The notes beneath the pieces are model-generated. The model ran no database searches. It saw nothing but the letters and a program-made list of their open reading frames with translations, and was not told the origin of the DNA. This document shows positions 33,238 to 43,078 of a DNA stretch of 64,000 bases, piece by piece; positions within the stretch are counted from its first letter, which is position 1; each line of letters begins with the position of its first letter. The translations under genes were made by a program, and so were the position numbers. The stretch lies in the sequence record MH051917; one strand, written 5' to 3'. This DNA comes from Enterobacteria phage vB_EcoM_IME341.

Positions 33238-34951
33238 TAGTGTATTGACCTGATGCTATAGAACTCATGGTCGACATAGTTTCAGACCAATTACCGGCAA
33301 CAGTCATATCAACGTTTCCGTTTACAGACCATTTAACGTTTCCATTTACTGTGTAATCATGGTTGCCTTCAACTAATGTTTTTGCATCACCTTTAACAGT
33401 TATATCGGCATTGCCTTCAACAATAACCGTAACGTTCCCTTTAACAATAAGGGTCCCATCACCTTCTACAGTTTTGGTTTCATTACCGCGAATATGGATG
33501 CTTTCGGACCCATCAGTTTGACGGCGCACGTTTGCCATATTATAATAGGTTTCATCACCACCTATATTGACTTTATTATTACCACCAACATAAGTATTTG
33601 AATCACCTTGGGTCATATAATACCCATCAGCTACAGTCTTAGAAGTTTTACGTCCGTCGGGAGCAACTTCTTCATAACTACCAGTTGGGTGGATTAAACG
33701 ATAACGTTCTTGCCCTGGGGTGTTATCGAATTCTTGAATATGTCCACCTTCAGTTTGCATGGTTTGGACATATGGGTATTCGCCTTTATAACTAGAATCA
33801 GGCTCTTTAAAAAGAATCCTTGTGTCTTCTGGAGTCCACGGATCGGCCGGGTCTGAATTTGTAGGAGCAGCAAAAGTTTGAATCATCCTATACGAACGCC
33901 CTTTAAATTCTCGTTCTTTAGGAGCCATTATGCCGTATGATTCCATATTACCGGTAAGGATAATCATTGATACCCTTGATGCACGCCCTTTAGTTTGGTT
34001 AAACCATACCGAATTTCTAGCTTCTTCAAATGCCTTTTTATAATCGCCTACTAACATTGCACCGAGCATACCACGGAATTTAGCCAACCCACCTAATCCC
34101 ATTTGGAAAGCCATGTTTTCAAGGGCCATTTGTCTTGAACGGTTTTCTTTATTGTAAACAGGACCTACAACACTGTGCCTACCTATATCATTTTGAACTT
34201 TTTTAAGGTCCTCTTGGAATAATTTAGAAGCCTCGTCCATTGATATTGCACCAGGGTTACCTTTAACTTCACGGCCTATTTGATTAGATAATATTTTGTT
34301 TATCTGATTCATATCTCTAATAGGTTGTGGTGTAATAAGGTGGCCTATACCTATAGTAGGATACCCTTCGGTGTCCCAATATACTTTAAGACGAAGACCC
34401 TCATCACGATGAAGCATGTTTTCTATTGTGAAATTAGGATTATCGTCAGGCTTGACTTGACTTAAATCTAAACCATCAGGATTAATACCTACATCAGTGT
34501 TTGCATCTTGTATTACGTTAGAAGTCGCATCATATCCAACTTCACCACCTCGGTTTAGTGCAGCAGCATCATTACCTAAATAAAGTGGGTATTGGCCTGT
34601 TGGGTCACTAAAACCTTCATTAGGGTTTGCTTTTTGTTTTGAAGCGGAACCGTATGTACCAAGGACAAGCCCGTTTAATTTCCACTTATCAAGAAAGTGG
34701 CCATAAACTTGTGTACCCGGGACCATACCTGTCATAGCGGTTTGGATACCAGAAACAGAGGCTGAAGATGTAGGCATTAATACTGACATCCATGGTAAAT
34801 CTTCTGTACGAAGGCCTTTTACAGGGCCCTGTACCTTTTCATAGGGATGCATACCCCATACGCGTACACGCACGCGACCTTGTTTGAGAGGGTCCATTCG
34901 GTCTTCAACCACACCGACGAACCAACTTACATTATCAGACATGTTAATCAT
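33209..34951 (-). CDS. 5: baseplate hub/spike with lysozyme domain gp5
   Basis: 580 aa; internal YWDTEGYPTIGIGHLI lysozyme motif; C-terminal VxGN beta-helix repeats. Confidence 0.9.
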   Translation of the reverse strand: MINMSDNVSWFVGVVEDRMDPLKQGRVRVRVWGMHPYEKVQGPVKGLRTEDLPWMSVLMPTSSASVSGIQTAMTGMVPGTQVYGHFLDKWKLNGLVLGTYGSASKQKANPNEGFSDPTGQYPLYLGNDAAALNRGGEVGYDATSNVIQDANTDVGINPDGLDLSQVKPDDNPNFTIENMLHRDEGLRLKVYWDTEGYPTIGIGHLITPQPIRDMNQINKILSNQIGREVKGNPGAISMDEASKLFQEDLKKVQNDIGRHSVVGPVYNKENRSRQMALENMAFQMGLGGLAKFRGMLGAMLVGDYKKAFEEARNSVWFNQTKGRASRVSMIILTGNMESYGIMAPKEREFKGRSYRMIQTFAAPTNSDPADPWTPEDTRILFKEPDSSYKGEYPYVQTMQTEGGHIQEFDNTPGQERYRLIHPTGSYEEVAPDGRKTSKTVADGYYMTQGDSNTYVGGNNKVNIGGDETYYNMANVRRQTDGSESIHIRGNETKTVEGDGTLIVKGNVTVIVEGNADITVKGDAKTLVEGNHDYTVNGNVKWSVNGNVDMTVAGNWSETMSTMSSIASGQYTIDGSRIDIG

Positions 34952-35553
34952 TAGAGGGCTTTCTCCATTTCGCGAATAAGGGCAGAAATAAAGGACTCAA
35001 TATCATTAGGGTCTACAATCTTTATTTCGCGCTTATATTCATTTTTACGAATAGCATCCTCGTAAATATCTACTGCGGCCAAAGGGCCCTCATATTGAGG
35101 ATAACGTTTTTCTGTATCGCCTTTATCATACCAAGTGTACGGGTTTTCTGGAGTGTTAACAAGATTCCAGAATTTCTCACCCTTTTCATTAACATGATAA
35201 AGAACTTGATTACCACCTGCAGTAGAATATCTTTGGATAGCTGCTTGATAGGCCGCTTCTTGACCTGTAATCCAGCCGTAATAGGGGTCGTATATATTAT
35301 TGCACATCAATAAAACCCAGTATAATTGAACATTGCCATAAAGTTGATGGGCCAATTCTTCCGGACGAGGAGCCCCATTGATATAATAAGTTTTTAGTGT
35401 ATAATTTTTAGCCACTTTATCAAAATATTCTTTATAATTTCTAAATATATCAGTCATCGGCACGCTCAATACATCGGCATTGGTTAATGAGCCCGAATCC
35501 GGCTTGACTGTTTTTGATTCGTAATCGATAGGATCGAAAAATGAGAAGAGCAT
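34951..35553 (-). CDS. 53: baseplate wedge protein gp53
   Basis: 200 aa; synteny, divergent from gene 4. Confidence 0.75.
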   Translation of the reverse strand: MLFSFFDPIDYESKTVKPDSGSLTNADVLSVPMTDIFRNYKEYFDKVAKNYTLKTYYINGAPRPEELAHQLYGNVQLYWVLLMCNNIYDPYYGWITGQEAAYQAAIQRYSTAGGNQVLYHVNEKGEKFWNLVNTPENPYTWYDKGDTEKRYPQYEGPLAAVDIYEDAIRKNEYKREIKIVDPNDIESFISALIREMEKAL

Positions 35554-35565
35554 AGGGCCTCCGAG

Positions 35566-35573
35566 TATAAATA
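35566..35573 (+). promoter_or_regulatory. late promoter TATAAATA for gene 4 operon
   Basis: TATAAATA 27 nt upstream of gp4 ATG. Confidence 0.6.
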
Positions 35574-35580
35574 ATATTAA

Positions 35581-35588
35581 TATTTATA
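35581..35588 (-). promoter_or_regulatory. late promoter TATAAATA for gp53
   Basis: TATTTATA on plus strand 28 nt upstream of gp53 ATG; divergent partner of 35566. Confidence 0.6.
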
Positions 35589-35599
35589 AGGAGGCGACT

Positions 35600-36049
35600 A
35601 TGGCTTACTCAGGGAAATTTAAACCTACAAACTTACAAAAATATAAAGGTGACTGGAAGAAAATCCAATATCGTTCCTCTTGGGAAGCATGGTTTATGCG
35701 TTGGCTTGACAACCATCCTAATGTAGTCCAGTGGAATTCAGAAGAGGTGGTTATCCCATACTTTTGCAATGCTGAAGGAAAGAAAAGACGTTATTTTATG
35801 GACTTCTGGGTTAAATTTGATACAGGTCAACAATTCTTTTTTGAAGTCAAACCTTTTAAAGAAACCCATGCTCCTGCGGTGCCTGTTAAAATGACTACGG
35901 CCGCTAAAAAGAGATATATCAACGAACACTATACTTGGTCTGTTAATACCGATAAGTGGAAAGCAGCTAAAGCTACAGCAGATAAAATGGGTATCACCTT
36001 TAGATTGATTACCGAACATTCACTGAAAAAATTAGGATGGAAAGGATGA
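35600..36049 (+). CDS. 4: head completion protein gp4
   Basis: 149 aa; synteny; PD-(D/E)xK-like YFMDF...FEVK. Confidence 0.75.
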   Translation: MAYSGKFKPTNLQKYKGDWKKIQYRSSWEAWFMRWLDNHPNVVQWNSEEVVIPYFCNAEGKKRRYFMDFWVKFDTGQQFFFEVKPFKETHAPAVPVKMTTAAKKRYINEHYTWSVNTDKWKAAKATADKMGITFRLITEHSLKKLGWKG

Positions 36050-36873
36050 GTATATTTTCCTACATCAATGAGGCTACTGAAACCACAAAAGGTTCTAAGC
36101 CTACCCGTTCAGAACAACAATGGATAGCTTTAGGTGTTGAATATGCCAAAGCTAAGGCTAAAGGTGTCTCGGCTAAGAAATTCGCTGAAGATAAAGGCAT
36201 TAAGTATTCTAGCTTTACATCTGCGATGTCTCGATACTCGAGTCGAATTAAAACCGCTGTACAGGTTGAAAAGCTTCAGAAGAAACCTGGCAATAAATTA
36301 ACCAAAGCCGAACGTCAATTAATTTTGGTAAACAGTTTTAGAAAGAGTATTCGTGATAAGATTGCTAACGAAGGCGCTGCTGTAAACAATAAATCCGCTA
36401 AATGGTTTACAGAAACATTAAAGAAAGGAATTCGTGGACACCAGGTATCTAAACCACAACCTGGAAAGCTTTATGCTTATATCTATGACGCTAAACACAA
36501 GGATACCCTACCGTACTGGGACAAATATCCTTTAATCATTTATCTTGGGTTAGGTAAGCATAATTTAATGTATGGTCTGAACTTACACTATATCCCACCT
36601 AAAGCACGCCAACAATTTCTAGAAGAATTGCTGAAGCAATACGCGAGTACGCCTACCATTACCAACTCGACTAAATTAAAAATCGATTGGAGTAAGGTAA
36701 AAGGATTCGCTGGTGCAGACGTTATGATTAAGGCTTATATCCCTGGAAATATTAAAGGACCTTTAGTAGAGATAAAACCATCTGATTGGGCTAATGTGGT
36801 CATGATGCCTCTCCAACAGTTCATGTCTAAAGGCAAGCGTTATTCAGCTCAGAAAGTATGGAAGAACTCATAA
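36037..36873 (+). CDS. 2: DNA end protector protein gp2
   Basis: 278 aa; synteny. Confidence 0.75.
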   Translation: MERMSIFSYINEATETTKGSKPTRSEQQWIALGVEYAKAKAKGVSAKKFAEDKGIKYSSFTSAMSRYSSRIKTAVQVEKLQKKPGNKLTKAERQLILVNSFRKSIRDKIANEGAAVNNKSAKWFTETLKKGIRGHQVSKPQPGKLYAYIYDAKHKDTLPYWDKYPLIIYLGLGKHNLMYGLNLHYIPPKARQQFLEELLKQYASTPTITNSTKLKIDWSKVKGFAGADVMIKAYIPGNIKGPLVEIKPSDWANVVMMPLQQFMSKGKRYSAQKVWKNS

Positions 36874-36958
36874 TAATCTATTATCCCAGCCAGTTATTGA
36901 ATGGAACAGACCTAGGACCATTATACACTGTCTGGGACTTAAGCAATATAGGAACCCT

Positions 36959-37549
36959 ATGAACGGTTTATTTAACCAAACTAACACCACCAACTTTATC
37001 TTAGAGGTTAGTGACTCAGGAATGACCCAGTCATTCAAATTGAACGTACAAGATGTAACACTACCTGGTATCCATATTCCGATCTCAGACGTCCCAGGAT
37101 CGACCCAGGGTATACATCGTGCTAAGCTGCCAGGTTCTACAGTAGAATTCGACCCATTGGTCGTGAACTTTCTTGTAGACCGTGAATTGAAATCATGGCT
37201 TGATGTTTATAAGTGGATGTTGTCATTAAACAACTACGTAACCCACGAATCCGAAGCTTGGCATCCTAAAGGCTTACCTGAAGCAATTACGCTCCATATT
37301 CTTGATAATAACAAACAGAAAATCGTAATGAGCATTCATTACTACGGTGGTTGGCCATCCGACCTATCCGAAATCCAGTACTCATATAAAGAGGATTCCG
37401 ACCCTGCGATAATCGCTACAGCAACATTCAACTTCAAATCGTTTGCTGTAGAAATAGATGGTACAATAGTTACAGGTCGTCCACAAATTGATTCGTATGC
37501 CGAACAACGTGTGGCTCGTATGTCTATGCATCCATCTATGAGAAAATAA
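36959..37549 (+). CDS. 3: tail completion and sheath stabiliser gp3
   Basis: synteny; AGGAA RBS. Confidence 0.7.
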   Translation: MNGLFNQTNTTNFILEVSDSGMTQSFKLNVQDVTLPGIHIPISDVPGSTQGIHRAKLPGSTVEFDPLVVNFLVDRELKSWLDVYKWMLSLNNYVTHESEAWHPKGLPEAITLHILDNNKQKIVMSIHYYGGWPSDLSEIQYSYKEDSDPAIIATATFNFKSFAVEIDGTIVTGRPQIDSYAEQRVARMSMHPSMRK

Positions 37550-38302
37550 TGAAACTAATATCAATTGTAGGAATCAAACGTAGCGGTAAGGATACCGTTG
37601 CTAACTATGTAATCGAAAATATGGATTCGGTAAAATTTCAGCTCGCGGGTCCTATTAAAAAGTATCTGGCTGAAGCCTATGAATACATCTCTGATGACCC
37701 TGTATTCGACCGTAGTTATATGCCTAAACTCGATTTTAACTGTTTTGAAGGTATCGGTTACGACCGCGAAGAAATCCTTCCTTTAAAACCATATGATGTG
37801 ATTGATATCTTTGAAAATGCTATTGTCAAACTGAATAATATCCTTCCTATTCCGGGAATTGATGTTCTTACCGCATATCATTATGGTCTTACCCCAGTCC
37901 AGTATCTGTCTGAAGAAACAAAAGACCAACTGTTTGAAGTAATAAATAAAAATAACAATTGGTCAGTACGTCGTCTCATGCAGACCCTTGGGACCGATAT
38001 TATTGTTAACCAATTTGATAAGATGTATTGGGTTAAGTTGTTCGCTTTAGACTATTTTGATAAAATATACTCTGATGCGAAATACTATGTCGTACCTGAT
38101 GTTCGTCAAACACACGAAATTGATTCGCTCAGAGCGATGGGTGCTACGATTATTCATGTAGTTCGCGCTGAAACCGGTCAAGTACAAGACTCGCACATCA
38201 CTGAAGCGGGTCTACCAATTTTACCTGGTGACGTTGTTGTTGAAAATAACGGCACTCTTTCTGAACTATACACTACTATTGATAAATTATTAGGAAATAA
38301 AA

Positions 38303-38310
<8 letters not shown>
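37549..38310 (+). CDS. 1: deoxynucleoside monophosphate kinase
   Basis: N-terminal P-loop IVGIKRSGKDT; synteny. Confidence 0.85.
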
Positions 38311-39194
<884 letters not shown>

Positions 39195-39206
39195 TTTAAA
39201 AAAGGT

Positions 39207-39246
39207 GTTTACAAGGTCTATAGGCATGATACTATAGACCTATCAA
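39207..39246 (+). promoter_or_regulatory. early promoter cassette with 10-bp inverted repeat flanking the -10
   Basis: GTTTAC 39207-12; TACTAT 39230-35; AGGTCTATAG 39214-23 pairs CTATAGACCT 39232-41. Confidence 0.7.
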
Positions 39247-39272
39247 AACAAACTAACCAAACGGAAATCAAA

Positions 39273-39497
39273 ATGAAAACTTATCAAGAATTTATTACCG
39301 AAGCTAAAAAACACGAAGACCAACTGCCGGTTGTTACAAAAACCTTTGACGGTTCATTGGCTGATTTTAAAAAAGTCCCTAGTGATAAGCTCGCTAAATT
39401 GACCGGGAGCATCGGCGAAAAAGACGGCAAGGTCACATTTTCTGCTCAAGGCACCGCTAATCTTAAAAAACTTTTGAAAGCCGCTGGCGCTGAATAA
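39273..39497 (+). CDS. internal-protein-like small protein with leader MKTYQEFITEAK
   Basis: capsid-targeting leader. Confidence 0.65.
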   Translation: MKTYQEFITEAKKHEDQLPVVTKTFDGSLADFKKVPSDKLAKLTGSIGEKDGKVTFSAQGTANLKKLLKAAGAE

Positions 39498-39499
39498 AA

Positions 39500-39772
39500 A
39501 TGAAAACATATCAAGAATTTATCGCTGAATCTATTCTTAATGAAGAAGTAAAAATTAACAAATCTGTTAAGACTATGATTGATAATATAAATCATCTCTA
39601 TAACATCGATTTGACTAATCATGTAACTTTAGGCAATAAGCGAAACTTTTTTGTATTTGATACTTCAGAACTCGACCAGAATCAAATTAACAATATTGAA
39701 CGTTTTGCTAATGAAAAAGGGCTGCGTCACGAAACGGCTGGTTATAAAAAGTATGCAATTTATTTAAAATAA
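39500..39772 (+). CDS. internal-protein-like small protein with leader MKTYQEFIAESI
   Basis: capsid-targeting leader. Confidence 0.65.
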   Translation: MKTYQEFIAESILNEEVKINKSVKTMIDNINHLYNIDLTNHVTLGNKRNFFVFDTSELDQNQINNIERFANEKGLRHETAGYKKYAIYLK

Positions 39773-39774
39773 TT

Positions 39775-39816
39775 GTTTACAACGGGCTCTAGTGATGGTA
39801 CTATAGCCCTATCAAA
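39775..39816 (+). promoter_or_regulatory. early promoter cassette with compensated inverted repeat
   Basis: GTTTAC 39775-80; TACTAT 39799-804; GGGCTCTAG vs CTATAGCCC. Confidence 0.65.
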
Positions 39817-39840
39817 ACAAATGAGTGATTGGAGAATAAA

Positions 39841-40026
39841 ATGAAACGTTGTGAATTAATTAGAAATGTTACTGCACTGGCAGCCGTTACTGCTTTTGGC
39901 TTTAGTATGTTTGCAGGATTCATGCTCGATATGCTTTCAACTTCCGAGAATATAATCTCTTTAGTAGTGGCATTTTTAATTGGTTCAATCTCTTTCGTAA
40001 TGGATAAAATCTCTAAAGGTGAATAA
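39841..40026 (+). CDS. small membrane protein
   Basis: ATG 39841 after GGAGA; two hydrophobic segments. Confidence 0.45.
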   Translation: MKRCELIRNVTALAAVTAFGFSMFAGFMLDMLSTSENIISLVVAFLIGSISFVMDKISKGE

Positions 40027-40427
40027 TGAACGTTGAATATTATGTATATGCGGATTATGAAAATAACCCGTCTAAAGATGAAGATAACCGTTTAGGTGTT
40101 GATGCTTTTGACTCTCCTGCTGCAGCTTGGCAATGGGTTGAAAGTACTGATATCCCTTATCGTTATATTGAAGTGGTAGACCATGCAGGAAACAAGTATC
40201 CTAAGGAAGCATATATTCCTTCTGGAAAGGTAAATTTCCTTTTGTTCGCCGGTGACAACTATTATCCACGTGGTGGATACACTGACTTAATCGCAAAAGC
40301 TGCTACTGAAGATGAACTACGTAATATCATTAAAGATAACGAGAATAAGCCTTGTTACGGTTCTAATCGTTTTGACTGGTGGCAGATTGTTAATGCCAAT
40401 ACCCACACAATTGTAGACGAGGGTTAA
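40026..40427 (+). CDS. hypothetical protein
   Basis: 133-aa ORF, translationally coupled. Confidence 0.5.
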   Translation: MNVEYYVYADYENNPSKDEDNRLGVDAFDSPAAAWQWVESTDIPYRYIEVVDHAGNKYPKEAYIPSGKVNFLLFAGDNYYPRGGYTDLIAKAATEDELRNIIKDNENKPCYGSNRFDWWQIVNANTHTIVDEG

Positions 40428-40712
40428 ATGCTATACGTTAAGGTTACTAATCCAGAGAATGGCTATAAATCCGATCAGGTTGCAGCTGAGTTGTTGATTC
40501 GCAATTATGGCAAAGATGCTGTTCTTGATGTTCAACAGGTTAATATAGGACGTAGTTCAAGCGATGTTAAGCTCAAAGTTAACAGCCATCGTTATAATTC
40601 TGTTAACTTTACTTTTTATACCGCAACTGAAAATGGATTGGTCGAATACGACATCTTTAAAAATCCTTTGAAGATTGCTTCTATTAAACTTGATTACATT
40701 AATATGCTTTAA
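40428..40712 (+). CDS. hypothetical protein
   Basis: 94-aa ORF. Confidence 0.45.
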   Translation: MLYVKVTNPENGYKSDQVAAELLIRNYGKDAVLDVQQVNIGRSSSDVKLKVNSHRYNSVNFTFYTATENGLVEYDIFKNPLKIASIKLDYINML

Positions 40713-40815
40713 GAATTATGTGATATTATTACTCTATCATTAATACCCTCTATTACCAAAGGTTCTTCCCTCAAAGAATCTTTCATAATAGAATTAATCA
40801 ACTAATGAGGAAAAT

Positions 40816-41235
40816 ATGATTACTCCAATTCTTATCGATTTTAACAGCGAAACCTGGGAAAATCCAGAAATCGCTACAGAAGTATTTTATAACTGCCAAC
40901 CATCTGAAATTAACTATAATTGTTTTGACGGGAATTTAATCCGTATTTGGTTAAAATCTAAAGAACACTCGGCCCATATTGTGGCTACAGTCTGTGATGA
41001 CGAGTTATATGAAATGTGTTCCGGCGTAACAGAATTTGATGCCGATTTAATTGCTGGATGGTTATTCACTGTTTTATTTGAAGATGTTTGGTCACCAGGC
41101 GGTGAACAATTCTGTTTCAGCGAGTTTGGTAAAAAGTTAGGTGTTTTTTCTTCGGATGACACCAATTTTAATATTTCGCCTGATATTTGTGTACACTATG
41201 ATGGCCCTTCCGAAGGTTGGAATTGGTCTAGTTAA
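40816..41235 (+). CDS. hypothetical acidic protein
   Basis: 139-aa ORF with AGGAAAA RBS. Confidence 0.5.
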   Translation: MITPILIDFNSETWENPEIATEVFYNCQPSEINYNCFDGNLIRIWLKSKEHSAHIVATVCDDELYEMCSGVTEFDADLIAGWLFTVLFEDVWSPGGEQFCFSEFGKKLGVFSSDDTNFNISPDICVHYDGPSEGWNWSS

Positions 41236-41242
41236 GAATTAA

Positions 41243-41319
41243 GGCCCTGTAGCTCAATGGTTAGCAGCAGTCCCCTCATAAGGGAAAGGTTACCAGTTCA
41301 AATCTGGTCTGGGTCACCA
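41243..41319 (+). tRNA. tRNA with CAT anticodon (Met, or Ile2 if lysidine-modified)
   Basis: cloverleaf folded by hand: T-arm ACCAG-TTCAAAT-CTGGT, anticodon loop CTCATAA, 3' CCA encoded; one acceptor mismatch. Confidence 0.65.
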
Positions 41320-41387
41320 ACTTTGATTAGGTAGAGCAGTCAACTTCTCCATGAATAAATATCTATATAAAATTCATGGAGAAAATT

Positions 41388-42047
41388 ATGCTTTGCCAAT
41401 ATTGTTCTAAAGAATGTAAAAACTTAAATTCACTAAAGCAACATGAAAAACGGTGCAAATCTAACCCAAATGGATTAGATATGAGCGGCCCTAATAACCC
41501 TCGTTTCGGTCTTAAAGGTGTCAATCAATTTACAAAAGCCAAAGAACTAGGTAAAGAAATAAAGGTTTCTGATAAAACCAGAGAAAAACTTAGAAAAGCC
41601 AATACAGGATATGTATGGTCTAATGAACGCAAAGAAGCACATTCTAAAAGAATGCGGCAAGCTGTTCTTGATAATCCTGATTCATATTCTGCTTCTAATG
41701 TTTCTGGTCGAGTAAAAACATATGAGTTTGACGGATTTAAATTTAAAGGGACTTGGGAATTAAAAGTTGCTAAGTTTTTAAAAGAACACAATATCAAATA
41801 TACTAATGAAATAAAGCCAATTCCTTACGAATGGGAAGGTTCAGAACATCTCTATTTTCCTGATTTTTATTTACCCACTTATGATTTTTATATAGAAGTC
41901 AAAGGATATAAAAGAGATAGAGACCTTTGTAAATGGAAAGCTTTAGAAAATTTGATAGTTTTAGAAAAAGATGAGATTTCCGATTTGTCTTGTCTTTTAA
42001 ATAAATTACGTCCCGCTGGTGTAATGGATAGCATACGATCCTTCTAA
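41388..42047 (+). CDS. free-standing homing-endonuclease-like protein: CxxC...HxxxxC zinc finger, NUMOD-like linker, PD-(D/E)xK domain related to gp4
   Basis: ATG 41388 after GGAGA; C-terminal YFPDFYLPTYDFYIEVKG parallels gp4 YFMDF...FEVK; lies in tRNA cluster like T4 segB. Confidence 0.55.
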   Translation: MLCQYCSKECKNLNSLKQHEKRCKSNPNGLDMSGPNNPRFGLKGVNQFTKAKELGKEIKVSDKTREKLRKANTGYVWSNERKEAHSKRMRQAVLDNPDSYSASNVSGRVKTYEFDGFKFKGTWELKVAKFLKEHNIKYTNEIKPIPYEWEGSEHLYFPDFYLPTYDFYIEVKGYKRDRDLCKWKALENLIVLEKDEISDLSCLLNKLRPAGVMDSIRSF

Positions 42048-42084
42048 GTTTGCGGTCCTGGTTCGATCCCAGGGCGGGATACCA
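42010..42084 (+). tRNA. tRNA-Arg (TCT anticodon)
   Basis: acceptor GTCCCGC/GCGGGAT, T-arm CCTGG-TTCGATC-CCAGG, anticodon loop CTTCTAA, CCA encoded; overlaps 3' end of the preceding ORF. Confidence 0.7.
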
Positions 42085-42314
42085 AATGAAGACTATTATA
42101 TAGTCAAGCCGTCGTATGAAGACTGATTGCCAGCATTCACCGGCGCAACAAACAAGAAACCGGGTCGCTACCGGTAAGTCGTCGGACTGAAGTTCTCTGG
42201 AGTATAGTTCCTCCCACAGTTGTACTGTGTTCTGGTTCTTTACTATCACAGCTGAAACGGCGCACCGAACACTTGCCTAGCAGGTGGAACCCCGACAAGG
42301 TTGCCGCAAGGCAT
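42085..42314 (+). ncRNA. GC-rich non-coding segment downstream of tRNA-Arg; candidate stable RNA (cf. T4 species 1 and 2 RNAs)
   Basis: no ORF, GC clearly above the window background, ends at an intrinsic terminator; inference only. Confidence 0.3.
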
Positions 42315-42342
42315 AGCCCCTTCCGAAAGGTTGGGGCTTTTT
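42315..42342 (+). terminator. intrinsic terminator (AGCCCCTTCC-GAAA-GGTTGGGGCT + T5)
   Basis: GNRA-loop hairpin and U-run; near-identical copy at 42963. Confidence 0.7.
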
Positions 42343-42383
42343 GGCATAATAAATAGATAAGTTAATTAACTTAGGAAATAATA

Positions 42384-42848
42384 ATGAAAACTTACAATGA
42401 ATTTTTGACTGAACAATCTAGTTCAGATGTAAAAGCCGCTGCGATTGCAGCAATTCAAGCAGGTAAATATTCTTACAAAGACGCCTCTGATGAAGAACGT
42501 TTCCGTTTTATTAAAGATTTTAAAGCCGAAGGTTTTACTAATGCTAATACTGTTAGCCGAGTTTTTAAAAGCCTAGCTGCATCAGGTGAATTGTTCCAGA
42601 AAGCTACAGGTAAAGCACCTGCGCCAAAAGCGGACCCTAAAGCCGCTCAAGAAAAAAATATCGCCAAAGGAATTATTTCTAAGTATGAAGCAATTCTTAA
42701 AGAGCTTTTAGTAATCAAAACAGAAGGCCAGAAACTGGCACGGGCACATAGCTTCAAAGATAATCCGCATGCTCACGACTTAGAGTATGTTGAAGATATT
42801 CAGAAAATCATCAAAGACCGTATCTGGTCTGCTAAACAAATCAAATAA
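42384..42848 (+). CDS. internal-protein-like protein with leader [11 protein letters not shown]
   Basis: capsid-targeting leader; 154 aa; position corresponds to ipI in T4. Confidence 0.65.
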   Translation: MKTYNEFLTEQSSSDVKAAAIAAIQAGKYSYKDASDEERFRFIKDFKAEGFTNANTVSRVFKSLAASGELFQKATGKAPAPKADPKAAQEKNIAKGIISKYEAILKELLVIKTEGQKLARAHSFKDNPHAHDLEYVEDIQKIIKDRIWSAKQIK

Positions 42849-42853
42849 CGAAA

Positions 42854-42872
42854 GCCCCGTCTGGGGTTTTTT
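42854..42872 (+). terminator. intrinsic terminator
   Basis: GCCCC-GTCT-GGGGT followed by TTTTTT. Confidence 0.7.
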
Positions 42873-42962
42873 GGTTAACTTAGAGAAATATATGAAACTT
42901 TTAAAATAAAGCTATGTTAGCCTTCCACATAAACCCATTCCGGTTCTACAAGAACTGATTCT

Positions 42963-42992
42963 AGGCCCTTCCGAAAGGTTGGGCCTTTTTTG
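42963..42992 (+). terminator. intrinsic terminator, direct repeat of 42315
   Basis: AGGCCCTTCC-GAAA-GGTTGGGCCT + T6. Confidence 0.7.
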
Positions 42993-43014
42993 TTTCTAAA
43001 AGTTTAAAAAAGTT

Positions 43015-43053
43015 GTTTACACCTCCTTTAAACATGATACTATAGACCTATCA
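43015..43053 (+). promoter_or_regulatory. early promoter cassette; spacer CCTCCTT complementary to downstream SD
   Basis: GTTTAC 43015-20; TACTAT 43038-43; SD AAGGAGA 43067-73. Confidence 0.65.
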
Positions 43054-43078
43054 AAACAACAGAGTGAAGGAGAGTAAA

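Noticed and set aside
42876-42960. Five-codon mini-ORF (MKLLK) between two terminators
   Set aside because: Too short to support as a gene; more likely spacer sequence or a remnant within the terminator-flanked cassette.
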